64,000 nt of DNA from Chloroflexota bacterium (GCA_034433795.1 DAOUAE010000002.1:133939-197938), one strand, 5' to 3'; counted from the first letter of the stretch, positions 11,357 to 20,028 are shown. The notes: a model not told the origin generated them from the sequence alone. Numbers and translations are program-made.

Positions 11357-12607
11357 TCAGTCAGCCCCGGCCTCCTGCAGAAACCGGACGGCCAGGCCGA
11401 GCGCCGATGGGGGACCAAAGCCCCCGGCTTTGGTGACAATGGGCAGGCCATCGGCCGCTCCACCGCGCAGCCACCCGGCCGGGAACCCCGGCAGGACGGC
11501 GGCGGTGATGGCGATGGCCTCAGCCCCCAGGGCTCGACAGAGCGCCAGCGCGGTGTCGCCGCCGGTGACCACGACCCCGCCCAGGTTCGGCGGTCCGTAG
11601 CGGACGATCACCCGGGCCGCGACCCGACCGATCACCCACGCCGGGTCGTCGCGGCCCGTCTTCGCAACCGGTGCCGTGGTCGGCGGCCGGGTCGTCAGGA
11701 CGAAGGCCGGGTGCCGGGCCAGCCCCTGGAGCGCGGCCGCCTCCAGCCGCCGCTCCTCGCGGTCGGCGGACCGCCCATCAGGGGTGTAGAGGGCCCAGGG
11801 GAAACCGTGCTGCACCAGGTCGGCCACCTGGAGGCCAGCCTGGGGATGAGCGCTCCCGACGACCACCAGGACCGGCCGGCGGCTGGCCACCCGACGCCGC
11901 TCCGCCATCCCGCCCGGCGCCGGCCCCCAGAGGCGGGCGATCTGCGTCGCCAGACCGGCCGACCCGACGGGCAAAAGGTCGGGCAGCGCCAGGCAGGCCC
12001 GGGCCAGCGCGGCCAGATCGTCGTCGGTCTCGCTGTCGGCGATCACGATCCCGCGGGCCGCCTGCAGGTGCGCGATCAACCGGTCCGGCTGGCGCACCAC
12101 CGCCAGCGGCAGATCGCGGAGCGGGAGAGCCGTCTGCTGGGCGAGCAGCGCGCCGATCGCGGCGGTCCAGACCGGGGTGATAGGATCCCAGCGGAAGGCC
12201 GTTTCATCCACCGGGCGTCCGTCGACCAGCAGCCGACCGGCGACCACCGTCCGGCCCATCGCCGGGAAGGCCGGCGTCAGGCAGGCAGCCCGGAACCCCC
12301 CAGCCGCCAGCGCCGCCTCGACCTCCGCCCCGACGTTACCCCGCATGGTCGAGTCGATCTTCTTGTAGAGGGGCCGACGACCGGCCGGCCGCAGACGGGC
12401 AACGGCCGCCCGGACCGCCCCGGCGGCCGCGGCCGGCGGGAGCGCCCGCGAGCCGGTCGAGAGGGCGACGACGTGGTCGGCGGGCACCGGCCCCTCGGCG
12501 GTCAGCAGCACCAGAGTGGGCCAGCCCTGGAGAGCAAAGGGCAGGGCCGTGTCGGCCGCGCCGGTCAGGTCGTCGGCGATGATCGCTGGCAAAGAACCGG
12601 CGGACAC
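11357..12607 (-). CDS. four-carbon acid-sugar kinase (DUF1537; DtnK/DenK/OtnK family)
   Basis: N-terminal IIADDLTGAADT and C-terminal VVTGGDTA motifs typical of DUF1537 kinases. GTG 12607 follows GGGGAGGGA. Confidence 0.85.
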   Translation of the reverse strand: MSAGSLPAIIADDLTGAADTALPFALQGWPTLVLLTAEGPVPADHVVALSTGSRALPPAAAAGAVRAAVARLRPAGRRPLYKKIDSTMRGNVGAEVEAALAAGGFRAACLTPAFPAMGRTVVAGRLLVDGRPVDETAFRWDPITPVWTAAIGALLAQQTALPLRDLPLAVVRQPDRLIAHLQAARGIVIADSETDDDLAALARACLALPDLLPVGSAGLATQIARLWGPAPGGMAERRRVASRRPVLVVVGSAHPQAGLQVADLVQHGFPWALYTPDGRSADREERRLEAAALQGLARHPAFVLTTRPPTTAPVAKTGRDDPAWVIGRVAARVIVRYGPPNLGGVVVTGGDTALALCRALGAEAIAITAAVLPGFPAGWLRGGAADGLPIVTKAGGFGPPSALGLAVRFLQEAGAD

Positions 12608-12697
12608 CGTTCCCTCCCCTACGCTCTATCATACTGCACGGTCGCCGACTGGAGTAGAGGGCTCCCCTGGGCGAGGCCAGCGCGTGGCGCGATCCTC

Positions 12698-12726
12698 TTG
12701 CCGCTCGCGCCCCCCCATGCTACAAT
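12698..12726 (+). promoter_or_regulatory. sigma-70-type promoter: TTGCCG, 17-nt spacer, TGCTACAAT
   Basis: -35 TTGCCG at 12698-12703, a 17-nt spacer whose last 3 nt are an extended TGC, and -10 TACAAT at 12721-12726. GGGAGGAG and ATG 12758 follow. Confidence 0.6.
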
Positions 12727-12757
12727 TGCTCCCAGGTGATCGGCAGGGAGGAGAGAG

Positions 12758-13189
12758 ATGCCGCGTCCCATTGATCCGCTGGGTCCGCTGCGACCGCCCG
12801 AGGTCGCCGCCCGATCGGCGGCTGCCCTGCCACGGCCTCCGCGTCCGGCCGCCTCCCAGCCCGAGGAAGCCGGCCCCCGCGCCCCAACACCGGCCAACGC
12901 CCCAGGGCAACGCGTCGCCCAGGCGGTGGCCGAGGCGCGGGAGGCGGCCCGCGCCGCCGGTCAGCGCATCGGTCCGGCGGTGAGCACGGCCGCCCGGACC
13001 GCCAACGGCGCTCTGGAGCGGACCACCACCCCGCCACGGGGGAACCGGCCGGAAGAGACCCCTCCCGCGGGCGGGCCGCCCGCCCGGCCGGAGAACCGTC
13101 CCGGTCCCCCCGCGCCTCAGGCCCGGGTCCTGACCGACCTGCTGGGGCTGACCGAGCCACCGCCCCGGCGCATCGACCTGCGCGCCTGA
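12758..13189 (+). CDS. hypothetical Pro/Ala-rich, probably disordered protein (143 aa)
   Basis: Good promoter, strong RBS GGGAGGAGAGAG and GC3-rich codons argue for real coding. I recognise no domain; there is a central Ala-rich helix and a C-terminal RVLTDLLGL motif. Confidence 0.6.
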   Translation: MPRPIDPLGPLRPPEVAARSAAALPRPPRPAASQPEEAGPRAPTPANAPGQRVAQAVAEAREAARAAGQRIGPAVSTAARTANGALERTTTPPRGNRPEETPPAGGPPARPENRPGPPAPQARVLTDLLGLTEPPPRRIDLRA

Positions 13190-13202
13190 GGCGGAGAAAA
13201 CA

Positions 13203-13231
13203 CCCGCCCCCTCCAGCGGTGGAGGGGCGGG
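13203..13231 (-). terminator. intrinsic terminator hairpin between convergent genes (U-tract on minus strand)
   Basis: CCCGCCCCCTCCA-GCGG-TGGAGGGGCGGG forms a 12-bp GC stem with one bulge. On the minus strand it is followed by GUGUUUUCUCC, downstream of the tyrS-fusion stop at 13292. The stem could also stop the plus-strand gene. Confidence 0.5.
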
Positions 13232-13291
13232 CGGCGCCGTCTGGTCTGGCCGGTCGTTTCTTCGGCGAAGGGAGCCAGGCCGGGACCCTGC

Positions 13292-15238
13292 TCACTCCGC
13301 GGCCGAGCCCGGGGCCGGGCTCAGGCTGATGCGGGCGAACTGACGGCGCCGTCCCCGGATGACCATGCCCTCGCGGACCACCACCCGAGCCCGCGGGTCG
13401 GTGATCCGCTGCTGATCCACCGCCACGCTGCCCTGCTCGATCAGACGCTTGGCCTCGCTCCGGCTGCTGGCCAGCGCGCAGGCGACCAGGAGATCGACCA
13501 GCGCCCACTCCCCGTCGCGCGGCAGGTAGCAGGTCGGCATCTCGGCCGGGATCTCCCGCCGCTGCACCTCGCGCTCGAACCGCTCGGCCGCCTGAGCGGC
13601 CGCCTCGGGGCCATGGAAGAACGTGACGATCTCGTGGGCCAGGCGCTTTTTGAGGAGCATGGGGTTGACCGTGCCGGCCGCCAGCTGGCGGGCCATCTCG
13701 GCCAGCTCGGCCTCCGGCACATCGGTCAGCAGCTCGAAGTACTTCAGGATGAGCTCGTCGCGCAGCGACATGATCTTGCCATACATGTCGTACGGGGGAT
13801 CGGTGACGGCGATCACGTTGCCGTACGACTTGCTCATCTTCCGCCCGTCGGTCCCCTCCAGCAGCGGCACCGTGATAATGAACTTCTCCTTGTTCCTGAG
13901 GTCTTTCAGCAGCGTCCGCCCGCAGAGCATGTTGAACGTCTGGTCGGTCCCGCCCAGTTCGCCGTCCACGTCCAGGGCCACCGAGTCGTAGCCCTGCAGC
14001 AACGGGTAGAGGAACTCGTGCAGAAAGATCGGGCGGTTCTCGGCCAGCCGCCGCTGGAACATCTCCCGCTGGATCATCTGCTGGACCGTGAAGTGGGCGG
14101 CCAGTTCGATGATCTCTCTGGTCCCCATCCGGTCCCACCACTCGCCGTTGTAGCGGAGTTCGACCGGGTTGGTGGGCGAGGTGAAGTCCAGGATTCTGGC
14201 CGCCTGGTCCCGGTAGGTGCGGGCGTTGGCCTCGACCTCCTCGCGGGTCAGCTGGCGTCGGGCCTCGGCCCGCTCGGTCGGGTCGCCGATGCGGGCGGTG
14301 AAGTCGCCGATAAGCAGCGTGATGCGATGGCCCAGGTCCTGCAGCTGTCGCAGTTTGCGCAGGGCCACCGCGTGCCCCAGGTGCAGCTGAGGGCTGGTCG
14401 GGTCCACACCCATGTAGAAGTGCAGCCGTCGCCCCGACCGCAGCGCTCGCTCCAGCTCGGCCCGTGACGGCAGGATCTCCGCCACCCCGCGGGTGAGCAC
14501 CCATTCGATGGCGTCCGGCGCCCGTTCGGGCAGCGAGAGCACGACCTCGGGCCGGGCCTGGTCGACCCGAACCACCGTTGTGCGGGCCCCCAGCCAGCGC
14601 TCGGCCCGGTCGGCCAGCTCGGCTGCGGCCTGCTGGGCCCGGATGTCGTCGAGGTCAGCGAAGGCGTCGATGGGGAAGAAGACCGTTCGGCTCTCCGGCC
14701 GCACCTTGCCGAGCTCACCCATCCGCCAGACCCAGCGCCGGGTCCGCACCATCAGGGCGTCGGCGTAGACGATCTCGCCCGGCGGCACCGGCTGGGCCTC
14801 GCTCTGGCCGAGGGGAACGAAGGTGTCACCAGGCTGACTGAACCGGACCGCGAACGGGCTCCGCAGCCGGTCCAGATCGTGGGCGCCGACCGGGACGAGA
14901 TAGCGCAGGCTGATGGCGTTGGCCAGGTCGACGGCGGCGTTCACCCGTGGCGGGTCGCCCGCCAGCACCCGGCGGACCAGCGCCTCGACCGAGGGGGGAT
15001 ACTGCGCCGGGTCCAGGCCGAGCTGACGCAACGCCTGGTGCCAGGCCCGGATGGTCGGATGGGCGCTCGGCGGATGGTCCTGGAACTGGGCGCGGACGGC
15101 GGCCGCAGTCTCGGTCAGCAACGCCGTGACCTCTGGATGCTCCGGGGCGTTGTGGAGATCGACCGCCAGGACGCCCACCACCACATAGCGCGGGAACCGC
15201 GCGAAGACCTCGGGGGCGACACGGAACACGAAGTCCAT
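13292..15238 (-). CDS. tyrS: fusion protein: N-terminal B3/B4 (PheRS-editing-like) domain + complete tyrosyl-tRNA synthetase
   Basis: aa 1-225 look like stand-alone B3/B4 (COG3382-type) proteins (IRAWHQALRQLGLDP..YPPSVEALVRRVL..VNAAVDLANAISLRYLVPVGAHDLD..GEIVYAD..RRWVWRMG). aa ~242-648 are a Thermus-type TyrRS with HLGH, DFTARIGDP, GGTDQ, KMSKS and a C-terminal S4-like domain. One uninterrupted frame. Confidence 0.88.
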   Translation of the reverse strand: MDFVFRVAPEVFARFPRYVVVGVLAVDLHNAPEHPEVTALLTETAAAVRAQFQDHPPSAHPTIRAWHQALRQLGLDPAQYPPSVEALVRRVLAGDPPRVNAAVDLANAISLRYLVPVGAHDLDRLRSPFAVRFSQPGDTFVPLGQSEAQPVPPGEIVYADALMVRTRRWVWRMGELGKVRPESRTVFFPIDAFADLDDIRAQQAAAELADRAERWLGARTTVVRVDQARPEVVLSLPERAPDAIEWVLTRGVAEILPSRAELERALRSGRRLHFYMGVDPTSPQLHLGHAVALRKLRQLQDLGHRITLLIGDFTARIGDPTERAEARRQLTREEVEANARTYRDQAARILDFTSPTNPVELRYNGEWWDRMGTREIIELAAHFTVQQMIQREMFQRRLAENRPIFLHEFLYPLLQGYDSVALDVDGELGGTDQTFNMLCGRTLLKDLRNKEKFIITVPLLEGTDGRKMSKSYGNVIAVTDPPYDMYGKIMSLRDELILKYFELLTDVPEAELAEMARQLAAGTVNPMLLKKRLAHEIVTFFHGPEAAAQAAERFEREVQRREIPAEMPTCYLPRDGEWALVDLLVACALASSRSEAKRLIEQGSVAVDQQRITDPRARVVVREGMVIRGRRRQFARISLSPAPGSAAE

Positions 15239-15315
15239 CGGTGCTCTATCACTCCGTCTGCGGCCTCGTCGGGCAAAGCCATTCTTTGCCGCGTTGGGGA
15301 ACAGTGCTCCCCAGG

Positions 15316-15321
15316 ATTATA
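15316..15321 (-). promoter_or_regulatory. candidate -10 box (TATAAT on minus strand) for the tyrS-fusion transcript
   Basis: The reverse complement of ATTATA at 15316-15321 is TATAAT. Two short hairpins (GGGGA..TCCCC, GGCAAAG..CTTTGCC) lie in the ~75-nt leader before ATG 15238. The -35 is weak. Confidence 0.4.
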
Positions 15322-15392
15322 GATCGCCGGCCGTGGCGGCAGCACGCCGGGGCGGCCGGCTGGCCGTTCCCGCCTCCGCCCAATCTGCGGGC

Positions 15393-16016
15393 TCAGCCGG
15401 TGCCGAACAGGCGGTCGCCAGCGTCGCCCAGCCCGGGCACGATGAATCCGCGTTCGTTCAGGCGCTCGTCGATGGCCGCCAGATAGACCTCGACCTCCGG
15501 GTGGGTGGTGGTCAGGCGCTGGAGCCCCTCCGGGGCGGCGATGAGCCCCAGGAACGCGATCTGCCGGACTCCCCAGCGCTTGAGGATGTCCACGGCGGCC
15601 ACGGCCGAGCCACCGGTGGCCAGCATCGGGTCCAGCACCAGACAGCGGTCCACCGTCGGCTGGTCCGGCAGTTTGTTATAGTACGCGACCGGCCGGAGCG
15701 TCCGGTCATCCCGGTAGAGACCGATATGCCAGACCTCGGCGGTCGGCACCACCGACCAGACGCCGTCGACCATCCCCAGCCCGGCCCGCAGGATCGGCAC
15801 CAGGCCGAGGCGTTCGGCCAGAACCTCCCCCCGGGCCGGCGCCAGCGGGGTCTGGACCGTCACCGTGGTCGTTCTGAGCGCGCGGGTCGCCTCGTAGGCG
15901 AGGAGCGCGCTGACCTCGCGCAGGAGTTCGCGGAAGAGTTTCGGCGGGGTCTCAACGCTGCGGAGGAGGGTCAGCTTGTGCTGCACCAGCGGATGCTGGA
16001 GGCAGTGGACCGCCAT
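15393..16016 (-). CDS. upp: uracil phosphoribosyltransferase
   Basis: [21 protein letters not shown] and the PRPP motif [12 protein letters not shown]. 207 aa. Confidence 0.95.
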   Translation of the reverse strand: MAVHCLQHPLVQHKLTLLRSVETPPKLFRELLREVSALLAYEATRALRTTTVTVQTPLAPARGEVLAERLGLVPILRAGLGMVDGVWSVVPTAEVWHIGLYRDDRTLRPVAYYNKLPDQPTVDRCLVLDPMLATGGSAVAAVDILKRWGVRQIAFLGLIAAPEGLQRLTTTHPEVEVYLAAIDERLNERGFIVPGLGDAGDRLFGTG

Positions 16017-16955
16017 TCAGACCTTCATCCGGGGGTCCAGGGCGTCGCGCAGGGCGTCGCCGAGGAAATTGATGGCCAGAACCGTCAGGAAGATGACCAT
16101 GCCGGGATAGACCGCCAGCAGGGGATTGCGGAACATGTACCCCTGGGCCTCGGAGAGCATATTGCCCAGGCTGGGGTGCGGCGGCGTGATGCCCAGCCCC
16201 AGGAAGCTGAGCGTCGACTCCAGAATGACCCGCTCGCCGAAGCCCAGGGTCGAGGCCACGATGATCGGGGCGAAGGTGTTGGGCACCAGGTGGACCAGGA
16301 TGATCCGGGCCGGCGAGGCCCCGAGGGCCCGGGCCGCCTCGACGAACTCCCGCTCGCGCAGCGAGAGGACCGACCCGTGGACCAGCCGGGCCACCCGCAT
16401 CCAGCCGAAAAGGACCAGGATGATCACGATCACCGCCAGGCTGACGTTCTCGGCGCCGAAGAGGGCTTTCACCCCCTCCATCTCGCGCAGCATCTTCGAC
16501 AGGACCAGCAGCAGCAGGAGCGTCGGCATGGCCAGCATAATATCGGCCGTCCGCATCAGGATGATCTCGACCCACCCCCCGCCGTAGCCGGCGATGGCTC
16601 CCACCGCTGTCCCCACCAGGGCGGTGAGCAGGGTTGAGACCAGGGCCACCGAGAGGGTGACCCGGCTGGCGTACATCAGCCGCGAGAGGATGTCGCGGCC
16701 CAGTTCATCGGTCCCCAGCCAGTGCTGAGCGCTGGGGTAAGCGAACTGGGCGTTGAGGTCGATGGCGGTGGGATCATAGGGGGCCAGCACCGGCGCCAGA
16801 TAGGCGACGATAAAGAGCGCTCCCAGGAGGGCCAGTCCGGCCAGTCCCAGATGATGGCGACGGAAACGGCGCCAGATCAGCGCCCACTGGCTGAGCTCCG
16901 GAAGGGTGAGGACCTCCTCCTCATCGCGCGGATAGGGCTGGACCGCCGTGGCCAT
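16017..16955 (-). CDS. ABC transporter permease, DppC/OppC type
   Basis: Six predicted TM segments with the EAA-type loop FVEAARALGASPARIILVHLVPN. ATG 16955 follows GAGGAGAGAG. Confidence 0.9.
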   Translation of the reverse strand: MATAVQPYPRDEEEVLTLPELSQWALIWRRFRRHHLGLAGLALLGALFIVAYLAPVLAPYDPTAIDLNAQFAYPSAQHWLGTDELGRDILSRLMYASRVTLSVALVSTLLTALVGTAVGAIAGYGGGWVEIILMRTADIMLAMPTLLLLLVLSKMLREMEGVKALFGAENVSLAVIVIILVLFGWMRVARLVHGSVLSLREREFVEAARALGASPARIILVHLVPNTFAPIIVASTLGFGERVILESTLSFLGLGITPPHPSLGNMLSEAQGYMFRNPLLAVYPGMVIFLTVLAINFLGDALRDALDPRMKV

Positions 16956-16964
16956 GCTCTCTCC

Positions 16965-17939
16965 TCAACTGTAACGGATGCGCGGATCAGCCACCGCGTA
17001 GAGAATATCGGCCAGCAGATTTGAGAGAATCACCACACAGGCGGTGATCACCACGATCCCCTGGACCACCGGCCAGTCCGAGGCGAAGACCGCCTGGAAG
17101 AAGACCTGCCCCATGCCCGGCCAGGAGAAGATGAACTCGGTGACCACCGCTCCGCTGACCAGCGCCGGGATCTCCAGTCCGATGATCGTGATGATCGGAA
17201 TAAGGGCGTTGCGCAACCCATGCTTCAGGATGACGACCTGCTCGCGCAGCCCCTTGGCCCGCGCCGTCCGCATGTAATCCTGATTCAGAATCTCCAGCAT
17301 GCTGGAGCGCATGAAGCGGCTCCACTGGGCGACGTTGAAGAGGCTCAGGACCGCCACCGGCAGGATCAGGTGACGCACCCGATCCGCCAGGTCAAAGCCC
17401 ATGCCCGGCGTCATCATCCCGCCGGTGGGCAACTGGAAGGGCGTGTCTTTCAACACCACGGCGAAGATGATAATGAGCATAATGCCGAACCAGAAGGTGG
17501 GCATCGCGATGCCGAAGAACGAGAGGGCGGTGACGACGTAGTCCACCCAGGAGTACTGCCGGAGGGCCGAATAGATGCCGATCGGCAGAGCGATGAGAAG
17601 AGAGAGCAGCAGCGCGGTCCCCATCAGCAGGACCGTGGCCGGCAGCCGCTCGGCGATGACCGTGAGGACGGGCTGGCCATAGGCCACTCCCCAGGAGGTC
17701 CCCCAGTCGCCCACCACCACGTTCCGCAGCCAGGAGAAGTAGCGGATATACCAGGGCTTGTCCAGGCCGATGAGCTGGTTCAGTCGCTCGAGGTGGGCCT
17801 GGCTGACCCGGGGGCTGCCGAAGACGAGGGCGTCGAAGGGGCCCCCGGGCGCCAGGTTGATAAGGAAAAAGACGAAGGCCGAGATGATAAGCAGAAGGAC
17901 GACGGTCTGGATCAGGCGGCGGAGCAGGAACGTCCCCAT
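16965..17939 (-). CDS. ABC transporter permease, DppB/OppB type
   Basis: The MGTFLLRRL.. N-terminus and the loop DYMRTARAKGLREQVVILKHGLRNALIPIIT are typical of DppB/OppB permeases. Confidence 0.9.
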   Translation of the reverse strand: MGTFLLRRLIQTVVLLLIISAFVFFLINLAPGGPFDALVFGSPRVSQAHLERLNQLIGLDKPWYIRYFSWLRNVVVGDWGTSWGVAYGQPVLTVIAERLPATVLLMGTALLLSLLIALPIGIYSALRQYSWVDYVVTALSFFGIAMPTFWFGIMLIIIFAVVLKDTPFQLPTGGMMTPGMGFDLADRVRHLILPVAVLSLFNVAQWSRFMRSSMLEILNQDYMRTARAKGLREQVVILKHGLRNALIPIITIIGLEIPALVSGAVVTEFIFSWPGMGQVFFQAVFASDWPVVQGIVVITACVVILSNLLADILYAVADPRIRYS

Positions 17940-18006
17940 CGCTCCTCATCAATGAGCGCCGTGGGGAACACACCCCCCACGGCGCTCGGGGCAGTATTGG
18001 CGATCG

Positions 18007-19890
18007 TCAGGAGCGCAGCACCCACTCGTGGATGTTCCAGGTCTCGGGCGTGCTGGAGCCGGTGGGCCGGTAGTTCTCCAGATTGGCCCGGGCGACCGTC
18101 ACCACCACCCGCTGGAAGAGCGGCAGGACCGGCAGCTCATCGGTCCAGAGGCGCTGGAGTTCGCAGTAGATCGGCTTGCGCTCCTTCTCCGAGAGGGACT
18201 GCGAACCGCGAACCGCCAGCTGGTCGGCCTTGGGGTTGCGCCAGCCGGGGAAGTTGTTGCCGGTGAAGTTGTTGGCTGGGGAGGGGATGTTCTTCGAGTG
18301 CATGTAGTCGATGCGGTCGGGGTCGGGCAGGCTCAGCCAGGTGTACATCCCCAGCTCAAAGGTGCGCTGGCGCAGCGGTCCCTTGGTCTCGAAGAGGCCG
18401 CGTCCGGGCAGGAACTCGAGCTGCAGGTCGATCCCGACCTGCTTGAGTTGTTGCTGGATGATCTGGGCGGTGGTCTTGCGGAGGGCGGCGTCGGTGGTCG
18501 AGAGTTTGAGGGTCAGTTTCTTGCCGTCCTTGACCAGGATGCCATCCGGACCGGGCTTGTAGCCAGCCTCGGCCAGCAGCTGCTTGGCCTTCTCCGGGTT
18601 GTACTCGTACTTGACCAGGCAGCTCTCATCGTAGGCCCAGGCCGGGCTGCCGGGCATGATCCAGGAGTGGGCCACCCGCGACTTGCCGTAGAGGACCTTC
18701 TCGACCAGCTGCTCGCGGTTGATGGCGTGAGCGATGGCCTTGCGGACCCGAACGTCCTTCAGGTGCTCGTTGTCGAGGTTGAAGTCGATGTGCTCCCAGG
18801 GGGTCCCGGGGATGTAGTAGGGTTTGTAGGTGCCCTGGGCGGCCAGCCGGTCGAGTTCGGGCGCCTTGTCCAGATCGGGGCCCTGGACCTGGGTCACCAC
18901 GTCGACCTCACCGGCCTGGAGCGCGGCCAGCTGGGCGTTGGTGTCCTTGATGATGCGGAAGACGACGGTCTGGATCTTGGGCGCCCCCAGGAAGAAGTCG
19001 GGGTTGGCCTCCAGGGTGATCGACTGGTCGGGCACCCACTCTTTGAACTTATAGGGGCCGTTGCCGATCGGCTTGCGGGCGAACTCGCTGGCCTCCTGCT
19101 GGTCCGCCGGGATCTTGCTCAGGATATGGGAGGGGAGATAGCCGCCGACCGTCCAGTAGAGCGGATCGACGACCGGGTCTTTCTGGTCCTTGAAGTCGGC
19201 GTACTCCTTGGCGTCCAGCCCCCGGAAGCCCTTCTGGGCGGCCTCGCGGGCCTGGCGGGCCGACATGAACTTGTAGACCGCGGTCTGCTCGTCGACCACC
19301 GTGACGTCGTAGACCTTCTGGATCAGCGAGCGGTCGGCGATGGGGAACTTGGGATCGAGGTAGAGCTCCCACTGGTACCGCATGTCTTTGGCGGTCACCG
19401 GGGTGCCGTCGTGCCACTTGTTGCCCTTCTTGATCTTGTAGGTCACCTCAAGATGCCGGTCGTCGCCCTCGCCGACGAAGCGGGCGCCCCCGTTGTCCAG
19501 CGTCGGCACCTGCTCAACGCCCCAGGGGATATACTCTCCTTTATCGTTGAAAACGACCGGCCAGGCGAAGAGAGCGTACTCCACTTCGGTCTTGGCCATC
19601 ATCGAGCCGATACCGGGGTGAAGGGTATCGGGTTGCTGCCCCATCACGATGACCAGCCGCGACGGCGCCGCCGGCTTGGCCGCCACCGTCGGGGTGGGCG
19701 AGGGCGCCGGCACGGGCGTCGGCGTCGGCGCCGGCTTGGCCTGTTCCGCTGGCTTGGCCTCGGCCGGCTTTTCGGCCGCCTTCGGCGCCGGCGTCGGCGT
19801 CGGCGCGGGCGCCGGCGCACAGGCGGCCAGAGACGGGAGCACCAGGGCCAGGACCGCGATGAACGTCAGCAGGACACGTGACGGACGCAT
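18007..19890 (-). CDS. ABC transporter substrate-binding lipoprotein, family 5 (peptide/nickel type)
   Basis: ATG 19890 follows GAAGGAGGAAAG. Signal peptide plus lipobox LPSLAAC, a ~50-aa PT/PA/K-rich tether, then a family-5 SBP body. The 955-aa ORF-track version is an upstream over-extension. Confidence 0.88.
   Translation of the reverse strand: MRPSRVLLTFIAVLALVLPSLAACAPAPAPTPTPAPKAAEKPAEAKPAEQAKPAPTPTPVPAPSPTPTVAAKPAAPSRLVIVMGQQPDTLHPGIGSMMAKTEVEYALFAWPVVFNDKGEYIPWGVEQVPTLDNGGARFVGEGDDRHLEVTYKIKKGNKWHDGTPVTAKDMRYQWELYLDPKFPIADRSLIQKVYDVTVVDEQTAVYKFMSARQAREAAQKGFRGLDAKEYADFKDQKDPVVDPLYWTVGGYLPSHILSKIPADQQEASEFARKPIGNGPYKFKEWVPDQSITLEANPDFFLGAPKIQTVVFRIIKDTNAQLAALQAGEVDVVTQVQGPDLDKAPELDRLAAQGTYKPYYIPGTPWEHIDFNLDNEHLKDVRVRKAIAHAINREQLVEKVLYGKSRVAHSWIMPGSPAWAYDESCLVKYEYNPEKAKQLLAEAGYKPGPDGILVKDGKKLTLKLSTTDAALRKTTAQIIQQQLKQVGIDLQLEFLPGRGLFETKGPLRQRTFELGMYTWLSLPDPDRIDYMHSKNIPSPANNFTGNNFPGWRNPKADQLAVRGSQSLSEKERKPIYCELQRLWTDELPVLPLFQRVVVTVARANLENYRPTGSSTPETWNIHEWVLRS
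19660..19818 (-). repeat. low-complexity Pro/Thr/Ala/Lys-coding tract (lipoprotein tether)
   Basis: Encodes APAPAPTPTPAPKAAEKPAEAKPAEQAKPAPTPTPVPAPSPTPTVAAKPAAPS, with imperfect GCC/GGC/GTC-rich repeats in the DNA. Confidence 0.7.
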
Positions 19891-19999
19891 CGGCTTTCCT
19901 CCTTCAAATTCCGTAGACCGTGACCCCTCAGCACACTCCCTCCCCCTGACCATCACCACCGCTTTCCAGCAGACGATCAGGCGGGCAACGCTAGGCTGC

Positions 20000-20028
20000 A
20001 TTTTACTGGCTTGCCGGCGTCTTGTCAA
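20000..20028 (-). promoter_or_regulatory. sigma-70-type promoter TTGACA-17-TAAAAT for the peptide ABC operon
   Basis: On the minus strand: TTGACA (20028-20023), a 17-nt spacer and TAAAAT (20005-20000). This leaves a ~100-nt leader before ATG 19890. Confidence 0.6.

Noticed and set aside
15239-15392. Possible T-box riboswitch upstream of the tyrS fusion
   Set aside because: Only ~150 nt are available, of which ~75 nt are transcribed if the TATAAT box is used. I could find no specifier-loop/T-box (AGGGUGGNACCGCG-like) sequence, only two short hairpins.
19660-19818. Repetitive DNA that might be a CRISPR array, tandem-repeat locus or mobile-element end (also 49744-49833)
   Set aside because: The repeats are in-frame Pro/Thr/Ala codon reiterations inside genes (lipoprotein tether, PBP linker). 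There is no repeat-spacer periodicity and no flanking cas or transposase genes.
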